A stretch of DNA of 62,446 bases, taken from positions 1 through 62,446 of the forward strand of contig JAZOAL010000105.1 in the NCBI GenBank assembly GCA_045595425.1. Direction: 5' to 3'. The DNA comes from Eubacteriales bacterium. GTDB lineage: Bacteria > Bacillota > Clostridia > Oscillospirales > CAG-272. Below, one piece after another: positions 7,675-17,054 of this stretch (position 1 is its first letter; the number at the start of each line of letters is the position of its first letter). A model generated the notes under the pieces. It had not been told where the DNA came from, made no database searches, and saw nothing but the letters and a program-made list of their open reading frames with translations. Position numbers and translations under genes: made by a program.

Positions 7675-9090
7675 ATGGACAAATATAAAAAATTAGTTTC
7701 AAACACGGCGATCCTCAGCGTCGGAACGCTTGCATCGAAGATACTGGTCTATCTTCTTTTGCCGCTTTACACCGACTGCCTTCTGCCCGAAGAATACAGC
7801 ACTGCAGATCTGATATCACAGACCGCAAATCTGCTTTTGCCGCTCCTTGCTGTGGGAATGGTGGACGGAATATTCCGCTTTGCCATCGACAGTGAAGGCG
7901 ATAGCGGCAGAGAAAAAGTATTCTGCGTAAGCACATATATGATAGCGTTAGGCTCTTTAGTTGCCCTTGCACTGATACCGCTTCTTGAGCTTACAGGATT
8001 TTTTTCGGGGTATTCTTGGCTCATTCCGCTTTATGTTATCGCTTCCAACTTTCATCTCTCGGCGGCACATTTTTTGCGCGGCTCCGGAAAAACAAGGCTG
8101 TTTTCATTTCAAGGTATAATCTGCACCGCCCTTACTATCGCCCTCAATCTTCTTTTCCTTCTTGTTCTTGATATGGGCATCACGGGATATGTCCTCTCGG
8201 TAGTTGTCTCTGATGCACTTATGACAGCATTTCTTTATATCAAGGAAAAGCTCTGGAAATATCTGCGACCTTCGAGCTTTGACCGAGATCTGCTCAAAAA
8301 AATGATAAAATACAGCGTCCCGATGATACCGACCACCGTTTTTTGGTGGATAACAAACGTTGCGGACAGATATATGATCGCATATTTTGACGGTCAATAT
8401 ATAAACGGACTTTATGCCGTTGCATTTAAAGTTCCTACCCTTCTGATACTCGTTTCGGGCATTTTCAGCGAGGCATGGCAATATTCGGCTGTTACAGACG
8501 GCAGCGGCGAAGACAGACAAAGATTCTTCTCTAAGGTTTTCGATTCTTTCCAGTCCATCGTGTTTCTTGCCGCCTCTTTTCTCATTTTGCTTGCAAAATT
8601 CTTCACAGAGCTTCTCCTTGCCGAAAGCTATGCAAACGCATGGAAATATATGCCTCTCCTTGTTGCGGCAACGGTATTTTCAAGCCTTGTTACCTTCATG
8701 TCAAGCGTCTATGTCAAGCATAAGAAATCAATAAATTCTTTTATCACAGCAATGATCGGTGCTGTAAGCAATGTTGTTCTCAATCTGCTTCTCATCCCCA
8801 AATACAGCGCTCAGGGAGCGGCTGCCGCAACCCTTGCCTGCTATGTTATCGTCTACATCATCCGAGCAGTCGATACACAAAGATACGAAAGGTTCAATAC
8901 CAAGCCTATCACCATGATCGCAAACTCTCTGATCGTTGGTTTTCAGTGTGCAACAATGCTTCTGGAAATCAAATTCTGGTGGATATGCGGAATACTATCG
9001 TTCATAGCCCTCGCTTTGGTAAATCTTAAAGCACTGTTTTCCTCTGCAAAAACCGTTCTTCAAAGCGTTCTCGGACGAATCAAGCACTGA
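7675..9090 (+). CDS. MOP-superfamily polysaccharide/oligosaccharide flippase (Wzx-like)
   Basis: About 12-14 TM segments. The N-terminus KLVSNTAILSVGTLASKILVYLLLPLYT is typical of the polysaccharide biosynthesis protein family. Confidence 0.7.
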   Translation: MDKYKKLVSNTAILSVGTLASKILVYLLLPLYTDCLLPEEYSTADLISQTANLLLPLLAVGMVDGIFRFAIDSEGDSGREKVFCVSTYMIALGSLVALALIPLLELTGFFSGYSWLIPLYVIASNFHLSAAHFLRGSGKTRLFSFQGIICTALTIALNLLFLLVLDMGITGYVLSVVVSDALMTAFLYIKEKLWKYLRPSSFDRDLLKKMIKYSVPMIPTTVFWWITNVADRYMIAYFDGQYINGLYAVAFKVPTLLILVSGIFSEAWQYSAVTDGSGEDRQRFFSKVFDSFQSIVFLAASFLILLAKFFTELLLAESYANAWKYMPLLVAATVFSSLVTFMSSVYVKHKKSINSFITAMIGAVSNVVLNLLLIPKYSAQGAAAATLACYVIVYIIRAVDTQRYERFNTKPITMIANSLIVGFQCATMLLEIKFWWICGILSFIALALVNLKALFSSAKTVLQSVLGRIKH

Positions 9091-9125
9091 TTTTACAAAA
9101 AAATTCATTATTTTTCAAAAAACAC

Positions 9126-9154
9126 TTGCAAAATGGAAAATAGTATGGTATAAT
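9126..9154 (+). promoter_or_regulatory. Sigma-A promoter of rplS (TTGCAA-17-TATAAT)
   Basis: TTGCAA at 9126-9131 and TATAAT at 9149-9154, with a TG at the extended -10 position. Confidence 0.65.
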
Positions 9155-9160
9155 ACTCGT

Positions 9161-9245
9161 GTTATGCGCATTTTGCATACAGACTAAAGGACAGTCCTCT
9201 GCCTATGCTCGGCACGAATGTCCGGATTTTAAGGAGGAGCCAAAA
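9161..9245 (+). promoter_or_regulatory. Structured rplS 5' leader, possibly the Firmicute L19 leader
   Basis: About 85 nt between the promoter and the RBS, with TATGC/GCATA and GGACA/TGTCC stems. An L19 autoregulatory leader is known upstream of rplS in Bacillota. Not verified here. Confidence 0.35.
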
Positions 9246-9590
9246 ATGGATCTTATTAAGGCTTTTACAAATGAGCAGCTGAAGGAGACAGCACCTGTTC
9301 TCAACATCGGTGATACTGTCAGAATTCACAACAAAATCGTTGAGGGTACAAGAGAGAGAATCCAGATGTTCGAAGGAACCATCATCGCAAAGCACGGCGG
9401 CGGAATCTCCGAGACCTTCACAGTAAGACGTATTTCCTATGGCGTAGGCGTTGAGAAGACCTTCCCCGTACATTCTCCCAATGTAGTTAAGGTTGATATC
9501 ATCCGCTCCGGTAAGGTTAGACGTTCTAAGCTTTACTACATCCGCAAGAAGGTTGGTAAGGCATCCAAGGTTAAGGAACAGATAGTTTAA
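9246..9590 (+). CDS. rplS: 50S ribosomal protein L19
   Basis: [60 protein letters not shown] at 9233-9238. Confidence 0.95.
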   Translation: MDLIKAFTNEQLKETAPVLNIGDTVRIHNKIVEGTRERIQMFEGTIIAKHGGGISETFTVRRISYGVGVEKTFPVHSPNVVKVDIIRSGKVRRSKLYYIRKKVGKASKVKEQIV

Positions 9591-9604
9591 TTTTGGCGTT
9601 AAAG

Positions 9605-9636
9605 AAAAAGCTCGGCATAAAGCCGAGCTTTTTCTT
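9605..9636 (+). terminator. Rho-independent terminator of rplS
   Basis: AAAAAGCTCGGC / GCCGAGCTTTTT stem followed by a T-run. Confidence 0.8.
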
Positions 9637-9683
9637 TATACAATAAGCAAGTTCACTTCAAAATCAGTGCCTTGCTTATTTGG

Positions 9684-9730
9684 GGTTCTATAATAAATGT
9701 TGGGGTGAAGCCAACATTTATTATAGAACC
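9684..9730. repeat. Perfect 20-bp inverted repeat with a 7-nt loop
   Basis: GGTTCTATAATAAATGTTGG (9684-9703) and CCAACATTTATTATAGAACC (9711-9730), followed by GTTTTT on the plus strand. Abuts the stop codon of the LtaS-family gene. Confidence 0.7.
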
Positions 9731-9734
9731 GTTT

Positions 9735-11819
9735 TTAGTCAAAGAAACCTTCAATCGTATTATTCGTATCAAAGGAATGATTATACTGAAGCTGTTTATA
9801 TAACAGCAAATCGGCATCGGCATCCATGTCAAGCTCATCCCAAGAGAAAAGCTCGCCTCGGTCGTTGATGCAGAAATTTGCCGTAATAACGGGATATTTT
9901 TCCCGAAGCTGTTTTCTGAATATCTGATAAGCGCTGAGTTCAAAGCCGGCGGCCTCGGACAGCATAATATTCAGATAATTCAGGCTTGTAACAACCCCAT
10001 CCTGTTCTTCTATATCATAGTTAGACCAAAGGACGAAGGGCACGATAAACTGATCGCTTCTCACATCCCAATCGGGGGTCTCCTCATCAATACCGAAATT
10101 ACTGAGGATCGGCTTTGTAACGGTGCTGTTCGGCTGGTGATCGCCAAACATGAGTATAACAGTAGGCTCATCCTCATCCTTGAAGAACTCAATAAGCTCC
10201 CCAAGTGCCGCATCCGACATCCGAACAAGAGAAGAATATCCTGCAACCGATTCCTTGTTTTTCATTTTGAGCGGCAGCTTGTCCATATCCTCCTCAAGGC
10301 TCGGGAACTGGTCGGGAAATTCACTAAAATTAGTAAATCCACCGTGATTCTGCATTGTTACGCAGAAAAGTGCCAAAGGATCTTCATTTCCCAAATTATC
10401 ATGGTAAATACGAATTATCTTATCATAAACCGCAGCATCGGAAACATAATTTCTTATCTTATCATTTTTCGTAAAGGAATTGCTCCAATAGCTTTCGTCA
10501 ATACCAAGCATCGGATAAACCGTGTCGCGATCCCAACCGCTTGCGGGATAGGGATGAATACTGTAAGTTTTATAGCCCTTATCCTTCAAGGTGCTGAGCA
10601 GATTTTCGGTATCATCCCGCACATATTGCTGATACGGGATGCTTCCCGAGGGCAGAAACGCCATGGTATTGCCCGTCAGAAATTCCCACTCGGAGTTCGG
10701 AGTATTGCCTCCCTTAACGGAAACATATGCCTGACCCTTTATAGTGTTTTCCTCCAGTGAATCAATATACGGAGTATCGCCCATATCAAGCCCTATATCT
10801 CCGTGCACAGAGAGATCGGAGAAGGATTCATTCATGATAACGATCACATTGGGATTTTTAACCACGTCATCATTTCCTGCACTATCGTCACCTTCGGCGG
10901 TTATGTTATCCGCTGTCGCCTGCAGAGCTTCTGCGTCATATCCTTCGGGAGCATCAACGGTCATATATTTCAGGAGAGAAACAAAGCTGAAATAGAATCC
11001 GTTATACTTATAAACAGCCCTTGGAGTAAACAGATAAGGATAATATCTTACATCGCCCTGAAAATCCTCGTTCTGAGCCATATTTGCATATCCTGCCAGC
11101 ATGGGGATGCACAGCAGAACACAAATGATCCTGACAGCGATCTTGATGCGTATATCGAATTTCAGCTTGATTTTGCTGCGGCAAAGAAGAAAAGCCGCAA
11201 CAGTCAATGCAATGAAAGCGATCAAAAGCCAAACAATTTTTTCTGTAAACTGAAATTTGTAGTCACCGGCAACAGACATCGCCGTGCCCAAGGATAACAG
11301 ATCCCAAGGCATGATCGGAAGGGAGCGGAACTGAATGACCATACATTCGGCAAAGCCCACAATACCGCAAATGAGTACAGTCAGCGAGCATGCAAAACGG
11401 GGTGAAAAGGTTATTAAAAGCAACACTGCTTCGATAATGTAAACGAAAAGGATATTGAACATTATTATAGCCACACTGTTGAGAGCTAAAACACCGTCCG
11501 CAAATCCCTCAAGCATAACATATGACAGTATCGGCACTCCCAGCATGACGATAACCGTCAGCACATCCGACAAACGAGGTAAGCGCTTGTTCAAAAGCAA
11601 CAGAGCTCCGATCACATATATGAATATAAGATTGGCATAGAATATACCATCATTCTTAAGCAGACCTTTGGAATTGATAAATTCCTGCAATTTAGCAGAA
11701 GGCAAGGGAGCAAGAAGCATAAAAAGAACGATCAAGATCTGCCATTTCCATTTCCAAATGAAATTCAATCCTTTTTTCGAATACTCCGCAAGTCTGTCAA
11801 TAAATTTATTATTTTGCAT
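9735..11819 (-). CDS. LTA-synthase-family (LtaS-like) membrane sulfatase-fold phosphoglycerol transferase
   Basis: N-terminal polytopic domain plus an extracellular sulfatase domain with VIVIMNESFSD and MFGDHQP motifs. Confidence 0.75.
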   Translation of the reverse strand: MQNNKFIDRLAEYSKKGLNFIWKWKWQILIVLFMLLAPLPSAKLQEFINSKGLLKNDGIFYANLIFIYVIGALLLLNKRLPRLSDVLTVIVMLGVPILSYVMLEGFADGVLALNSVAIIMFNILFVYIIEAVLLLITFSPRFACSLTVLICGIVGFAECMVIQFRSLPIMPWDLLSLGTAMSVAGDYKFQFTEKIVWLLIAFIALTVAAFLLCRSKIKLKFDIRIKIAVRIICVLLCIPMLAGYANMAQNEDFQGDVRYYPYLFTPRAVYKYNGFYFSFVSLLKYMTVDAPEGYDAEALQATADNITAEGDDSAGNDDVVKNPNVIVIMNESFSDLSVHGDIGLDMGDTPYIDSLEENTIKGQAYVSVKGGNTPNSEWEFLTGNTMAFLPSGSIPYQQYVRDDTENLLSTLKDKGYKTYSIHPYPASGWDRDTVYPMLGIDESYWSNSFTKNDKIRNYVSDAAVYDKIIRIYHDNLGNEDPLALFCVTMQNHGGFTNFSEFPDQFPSLEEDMDKLPLKMKNKESVAGYSSLVRMSDAALGELIEFFKDEDEPTVILMFGDHQPNSTVTKPILSNFGIDEETPDWDVRSDQFIVPFVLWSNYDIEEQDGVVTSLNYLNIMLSEAAGFELSAYQIFRKQLREKYPVITANFCINDRGELFSWDELDMDADADLLLYKQLQYNHSFDTNNTIEGFFD

Positions 11820-11834
11820 TTTCGATTTTTCCTC

Positions 11835-12797
11835 TTAAAGGGTTGAAAGGATTATTTCCATGTTGCCTTCCAATTTAAAGTCGCCCATTCCGGCAGGTAC
11901 AAAATAGCTGTCACCCGCCTCCACGGAATATTCGGTGCCGCCGGCAAATATACTGCCCTTTCCGTTTATGCAAAGAATGGAGGCAAAGCTGTCGTTATCG
12001 GCAAAAATGCTCTTTTCACCCGAAATTTTTATATGCTTGACTCTGAAATAGCGGCAATGCGCGAGCGTATCGCCATCATCCAAAGCATCCTTAGCTTCAA
12101 ATCTGATAGCGTCTACCTCTTCCGCGCTGAAGGGCTTGACTACCGCGAGAGATTTTTCAACATGAAGCTCACGCAAATTCCCCTCTGCATCTCTTCTGTC
12201 ATAGTCATAAACGCGGTATGTAAGATCGGAATTTTGCTGTATCTCTGCTATAATTATCCCTTCACCTATGGCGTGAAGAAGCCCCGACGGGATGAAATAT
12301 GTCTCCCCTGCATGAACCTCTCGGTACCCCATTGCAGAATCGATATTTTCCTCTTTGACCGCCTTGGCAAATTCCTCTCTGCCGATGCCCTCGGCAAGAC
12401 CGTAAACGATCTTTGCACCCGGCTTTGCATCAACAATATACCACATTTCGGTCTTTCCGGGATCCTTTTCATGTGCCGCCGCATAATCGTCATCGGGATG
12501 AACCTGAACCGACAGCTTATCCTGCGCATCGATAAATTTAATAAGCAGAGGAAAGCGTTCGCCATCATATTTTGAACCGAGAACGCTTTTATCATGCTCG
12601 ATATATTCTCCGAGCGTCATTCCGGCATATTCACCATGGGTAATTTTGCTCATTTCGTCCTCGCGAACGGTCAACTCCCATGTTTCGCCGATATTATCAC
12701 CGCCGTTTTCCTTGCCAAACATCTCGGCAAGATTGTTGCCGCCCCAAATGCGGCTCTTTGCAACATATGAAATCTTAATCGGATATAGTTTATTCAT
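11835..12797 (-). CDS. manA: Class I mannose-6-phosphate isomerase
   Basis: WGG..L, GE.WE, LSVQVHPDD and LHAIGEG motifs. Confidence 0.8.
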   Translation of the reverse strand: MNKLYPIKISYVAKSRIWGGNNLAEMFGKENGGDNIGETWELTVREDEMSKITHGEYAGMTLGEYIEHDKSVLGSKYDGERFPLLIKFIDAQDKLSVQVHPDDDYAAAHEKDPGKTEMWYIVDAKPGAKIVYGLAEGIGREEFAKAVKEENIDSAMGYREVHAGETYFIPSGLLHAIGEGIIIAEIQQNSDLTYRVYDYDRRDAEGNLRELHVEKSLAVVKPFSAEEVDAIRFEAKDALDDGDTLAHCRYFRVKHIKISGEKSIFADNDSFASILCINGKGSIFAGGTEYSVEAGDSYFVPAGMGDFKLEGNMEIILSTL

Positions 12798-12813
12798 TCA
12801 GATACCTCTTTCG

Positions 12814-13524
12814 TTAAGCCATAAGAGAAGCGGCTATGTCATAAAGTCTGCAGAAAAGAATAGTGAGAAACACCGCAGGCAGATAATTCATAATTTTAAG
12901 CTTGGTTATACCAAGAATATTGAGGGCAAGTCCGATGATGAGGAGAGAGCCCACTGCGGTCATTTCGGTAATGACCGTGTCGGTCAGCACGGGCGAAATC
13001 CACTGTGCCAGCAGAGTGATACTGCCCTGAAGCAGAAGCACCGATGCGGCAGAAAAGATCACTCCGATACCGAGCGAAGAAGTATAGATTATTGAACTGA
13101 CAAAGTCGAGAACCGACTTTGTATACTGAGTTGTATGGTTGTTATTGATCCCGCTTTCAAGGGGACCGAGCACCGACATTGCGCCAACGCAAAAAAGCAA
13201 CGTTGCGGTAACAAATCCCTGCGTCACATTGCCGTGATTCTTTCCAACCTTTTTTTCGATCCATTCGCCAAGCCTGCCGACCCATTTGTCAAGATCGATA
13301 AGCTCGCCTATCACCGCTCCGAAAAGGAGCGAAAAGATCATAACAAGCGCATTTTGCCCTTTGATCGCACCCGTAACACCTATCCAGAGTACGCAAAGCC
13401 CCATGCCCTTCATCACTGTATCAGATATCTTCTCGGGAATACCTTTTTTAAAGAGCAATCCAAGCAAGCTGCCAACTACAACAGCGGCACAGTTAACAAG
13501 TGCTCCAAGCAATATAAAATTCAT
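12814..13524 (-). CDS. DUF554 (YqgA/YdfK-like) membrane protein
   Basis: MNFILLGALVNCAAVVVGSLLG.. resembles YqgA. ATG at 13524 has a GGAG RBS, and the longer track ORF would need a TTG start. Confidence 0.65.
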   Translation of the reverse strand: MNFILLGALVNCAAVVVGSLLGLLFKKGIPEKISDTVMKGMGLCVLWIGVTGAIKGQNALVMIFSLLFGAVIGELIDLDKWVGRLGEWIEKKVGKNHGNVTQGFVTATLLFCVGAMSVLGPLESGINNNHTTQYTKSVLDFVSSIIYTSSLGIGVIFSAASVLLLQGSITLLAQWISPVLTDTVITEMTAVGSLLIIGLALNILGITKLKIMNYLPAVFLTILFCRLYDIAASLMA

Positions 13525-13549
13525 GTAAGCTCCAAATATAAAATCCAAT

Positions 13550-13578
13550 CGGGATGCCGCAGAAACAGCGGCATCCCG
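13550..13578 (-). terminator. Hairpin downstream of ftsZ
   Basis: CGGGATGCCGC / GCGGCATCCCG stem. The T-tract after it on the minus strand is interrupted. Confidence 0.45.
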
Positions 13579-13602
13579 TTTAACAAATGGGACAATAAGA
13601 GA

Positions 13603-14859
13603 TTATCTTCTGCCCCTGAAATCGTCGCGGCGGCGTCCGCGGCGAAGAATACTCATGATCTCGTCGAAATCGTCCTCGGAAACGGGAGTTTCCTCACCGC
13701 CCATATCAGACGCGTAATCATTCATCACCGGAGCTTCCGTTACAAAAGAAGGCTTTTGAGCAGGCTCTGCGGGAGCATTTGCCGCAGGCTTCTCCTCAAC
13801 CTTTTCGGTCTGTGAAACCTCTGCAGCCTTTTCAGCAGCGGGACGCTTAACCTCATCAGGCTTTACAAAAGGCTTAACAGTGCGTCTTTCCTCATCGCCG
13901 TCCTTCTTCTCAAAGCCGGTAGCAATAATGGTGATCTTCATCTCGTCCTCAAGCTCTTCATCAAAAGCAACACCCCAGATAACTGTTGCATCGGGATTAG
14001 CTTCACTGGAGATCATAGAAGAAGCGAGGTCAACATCCTCAAGTCCAACATCGGGAGAAGCGGTAATGCTGATAAGTATACCCTTGGCACCCTCAATAGA
14101 GGTCTCAAGCAACGGGCTGGAGATAACAGCCTTTGCAGCCAGCTCTGCCTTGTCCTTGCCGCTTGCGGCACCAACGCCCATGTGAGCGTAGCCTGCATTT
14201 GACATTATGGATGTTACGTCTGCAAAGTCCAGGTTGATAAAGCCGGGAACATTGATAAGCTCTGAAATGCTCTGAACACCGCGGCGAAGAACATCATCCG
14301 CGATCTCAAAAGCATTAAAGAGAGTGATCCTTGTATCGGAAACCTGCTTCAGTCTCTCATTGGGAATAACAACGAGAGCATCAACAAATTCGCTGAGGTT
14401 AGCAATACCAAGCTCAGCCGCTTCCATTCTCTTTTTGCCCTCAAAAGCAAAGGGCTTTGTAACGATACCAACGGTGAGAATATCCATTTCTCTTGCCGCT
14501 CTTGCAACGATAGGAGCCGCACCTGTACCTGTGCCGCCGCCCATACCTGTGGTGATAAACACCATGTCTGCGCCCTGAAGAGCACCCTTGATATCATCAA
14601 GATTTTCCTCTGCCGCTCTTGCTCCGATCTCGGGGTTTGCACCTGCGCCGTGACCCTTTGTGATCTTTTCACCAATGACTATCTGGTTTGGAGCACTGGA
14701 ATTCTTAAGCACCTGACGGTCTGTATTGATGGCGATAAATTCAACGCCACGGATATTTGCGGAAATCATTCTGTTTACAGCATTGTTTCCGCCGCCTCCG
14801 ACACCGATGACTTTTATACACACACCGCTGTCGTAAGTTTCATCATGTTCGAATGTCAT
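13603..14859 (-). CDS. ftsZ: Cell division protein FtsZ
   Basis: [13 protein letters not shown] and [10 protein letters not shown] tubulin signatures. ATG at 14859 has a GGAGG RBS 8 nt upstream. Long Pro/Ala/Glu linker and an Arg-rich tail. Confidence 0.95.
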   Translation of the reverse strand: MTFEHDETYDSGVCIKVIGVGGGGNNAVNRMISANIRGVEFIAINTDRQVLKNSSAPNQIVIGEKITKGHGAGANPEIGARAAEENLDDIKGALQGADMVFITTGMGGGTGTGAAPIVARAAREMDILTVGIVTKPFAFEGKKRMEAAELGIANLSEFVDALVVIPNERLKQVSDTRITLFNAFEIADDVLRRGVQSISELINVPGFINLDFADVTSIMSNAGYAHMGVGAASGKDKAELAAKAVISSPLLETSIEGAKGILISITASPDVGLEDVDLASSMISSEANPDATVIWGVAFDEELEDEMKITIIATGFEKKDGDEERRTVKPFVKPDEVKRPAAEKAAEVSQTEKVEEKPAANAPAEPAQKPSFVTEAPVMNDYASDMGGEETPVSEDDFDEIMSILRRGRRRDDFRGRR

Positions 14860-14943
14860 TTTTTTGTCCTCCACGTTTTATATAACGAATTTAATTTTTA
14901 TTTTGGCGGGCAAATCCTTCAAATTATAATAACCCTATATTAT

Positions 14944-14972
14944 ATAATAAAGGATTTTCACGCATTTTGCAA
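14944..14972 (-). promoter_or_regulatory. Sigma-A promoter upstream of ftsZ (TTGCAA-17-TATTAT)
   Basis: TTGCAA at 14967-14972. Reverse complement of 14944-14949 is TATTAT. Confidence 0.5.
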
Positions 14973-15029
14973 TAGTTTTTTTGAAATTTTATCGATTTTT
15001 TACTGATTTTTTGAACCAAATCATGAATT

Positions 15030-15908
15030 TTATTCAATTTTTAGCGTTTTATGCAGCATAACACTGCTTTCCGACACATCGGAAACATTTAAAACGACGC
15101 CCTCCATTTCTCTGTAGCCGCCCGTTTCAATTACCTTTTCTGCCATTTTCAGCTTCAGTGCCTCGTCCTTGAAATCACCCATTTCGATCTTATATTTCCC
15201 TGTCTTAACAAGTGAAATATCAAATTTACCGCCGATATAGATCTTGTCCACATCACCGCAGAAGGATGTTTCCGAGAAAACCGTGAGAAAACGCTCGATA
15301 TATTCATGGTCTCCCTCAAAAAATTCCAGCCGTTCGCCTGTGACCGCTCGTTTTACACTCGGCATAGTCACATACGTTAGCCCGGTGCCCTCAAGTGCCT
15401 TTTTATCAGAAAAGCGTTCAAGAACGCGCAGGCTGTCCGAAAGAGTGAAATATTCGCCCGTGACGCTGATATAATACTTCGGAATCTCATATGTAAGAGC
15501 AATGTTTATCTCCGAGGGAAGTATTTTTTCAACCTTTGCTTGGGCAATTTCGGGATATGAGGCGAGAATTTTTTCCTCGATCTCTTTTGAATCAATGTGA
15601 TAAAGCTTCTTGCCGATCTCGATTCCGGATAAGGCAATTATCTCCTCCTCACTATGCTCGGAAATTCCCGTAACACGAACTGTTTTCAAGTCGAAATATG
15701 ATGAGAAAAATCCAAACAGGATACATCCGATAACTGCAAAAACCAGAAATAAAACCGCTATGACAAACAGCGCAGAGCCCCTTCTGCCGTAAGCTTGTCC
15801 ATCCGCCTCAGTGCGCGGCGGTGAATGTGGGGGGCGGTAATAATAGGGTCTGTCCCTTTTGCCCGAGCGAGCATTGCTACGCACCGCTCCGTATTTATAT
15901 TCCGTCAT
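15030..15908 (-). CDS. ftsQ: Cell division protein FtsQ/DivIB (POTRA domain)
   Basis: Single TM followed by the POTRA-like FDLKTVRVTG...EI....GI..G..L. One-nt overlap with the murG stop. Confidence 0.8.
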   Translation of the reverse strand: MTEYKYGAVRSNARSGKRDRPYYYRPPHSPPRTEADGQAYGRRGSALFVIAVLFLVFAVIGCILFGFFSSYFDLKTVRVTGISEHSEEEIIALSGIEIGKKLYHIDSKEIEEKILASYPEIAQAKVEKILPSEINIALTYEIPKYYISVTGEYFTLSDSLRVLERFSDKKALEGTGLTYVTMPSVKRAVTGERLEFFEGDHEYIERFLTVFSETSFCGDVDKIYIGGKFDISLVKTGKYKIEMGDFKDEALKLKMAEKVIETGGYREMEGVVLNVSDVSESSVMLHKTLKIE

Positions 15909-17035
15909 TATCTGCCGCTCACCTCTCTTTTCGTTAATTTTTTGATCTCATCATAGATAAGCTTATTTGCGTCAAGATCTGCGAAATGCGAAATCGAATC
16001 TCCCATTTTTCGCCGCAGATCTCCATCTCCAAGAAGAGTCTCCACCTCTTTTTGAAGTCTGCCGCAAGCGAGCTCCTTTTCCTCAACGAGTATTGTTCCG
16101 CCCATATCGGCAATGACCTTTGCATTTTTATATTGGTGATTGTTTGTAACATTTGGAGACGGGATCATAATGCTTGTCTTTTTCATCATCGCAAGCTCGG
16201 AAACCGTCATCGCACCCGCTCTGGATATCACGATATCGGCTGCAGCCATTCTGAGGGGCATATCGTAAATATACTCGGAAAGCATGAGATTTTCCCTGTT
16301 TTCAAGCCCGAATTCCTTGAATTTTTCTTTTGCGGCTTCCCATTCGATGGAGCCTGTGGCATGCTGGTGAAGAACGCGCTCATTTTTAAGTCCGAAATCC
16401 CGCATAAGCTCAAGGCAGGCGTCATTTACCTTCTCTGCTCCCATGCTTCCGCCGTAGGAAAGAATATAAAAATCGTATTTTCCTTCAATGCCCAGCTTCT
16501 CTCTCGCTTCCTCGCGGCTCACACTGCCGAAAGAAGTGCGCAGAGGATTTCCGACATGGGCAATCTTCTCCGATGCCGAAAGGTGCTTTGAACTTTCCTC
16601 GAAATTGAGCCAGATCCTATCCACATATGGCTGAAGCTTACGCACTGCAACCCCGGGATAGGCATTTGACTCATGAACTGCAGTCGGTATTCCCATTTTC
16701 GATGCCGCCACAAGCACAGGCCAGCAAACATAGCCGCCCGTGCCGATAACGATATCCGGCTTAAATTCTTTAACTATTTTTTTTGCTTTTATGGGCGAAA
16801 CGAATGCAAGATAAGCAGCCTTTATGTTAGAAAGGGAAAGAGAACGCCGAAAGCCTCTGATCTCAACATGCCTTATGGGATACCCCTCCGCGGCGGTCAG
16901 CTTGTTTTCAATGCCCCGCTCTGTACCGACAAACAATATCTCGGAATCGGGGTCGTTTCTTTTAATTGTATTTGCTATGGCGATGGCGGGATTGACATGT
17001 CCTCCCGTGCCGCCACCTGTCATTATCACTCTCAT
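15908..17035 (-). CDS. murG: UDP-GlcNAc:lipid I GlcNAc transferase MurG
   Basis: N-terminal GGGTGGHVNPAIAIA and a GT28 C-terminal domain. Confidence 0.95.
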   Translation of the reverse strand: MRVIMTGGGTGGHVNPAIAIANTIKRNDPDSEILFVGTERGIENKLTAAEGYPIRHVEIRGFRRSLSLSNIKAAYLAFVSPIKAKKIVKEFKPDIVIGTGGYVCWPVLVAASKMGIPTAVHESNAYPGVAVRKLQPYVDRIWLNFEESSKHLSASEKIAHVGNPLRTSFGSVSREEAREKLGIEGKYDFYILSYGGSMGAEKVNDACLELMRDFGLKNERVLHQHATGSIEWEAAKEKFKEFGLENRENLMLSEYIYDMPLRMAAADIVISRAGAMTVSELAMMKKTSIMIPSPNVTNNHQYKNAKVIADMGGTILVEEKELACGRLQKEVETLLGDGDLRRKMGDSISHFADLDANKLIYDEIKKLTKREVSGR

Positions 17036-17054
17036 GTCAAAAATCCTTTCTTCG

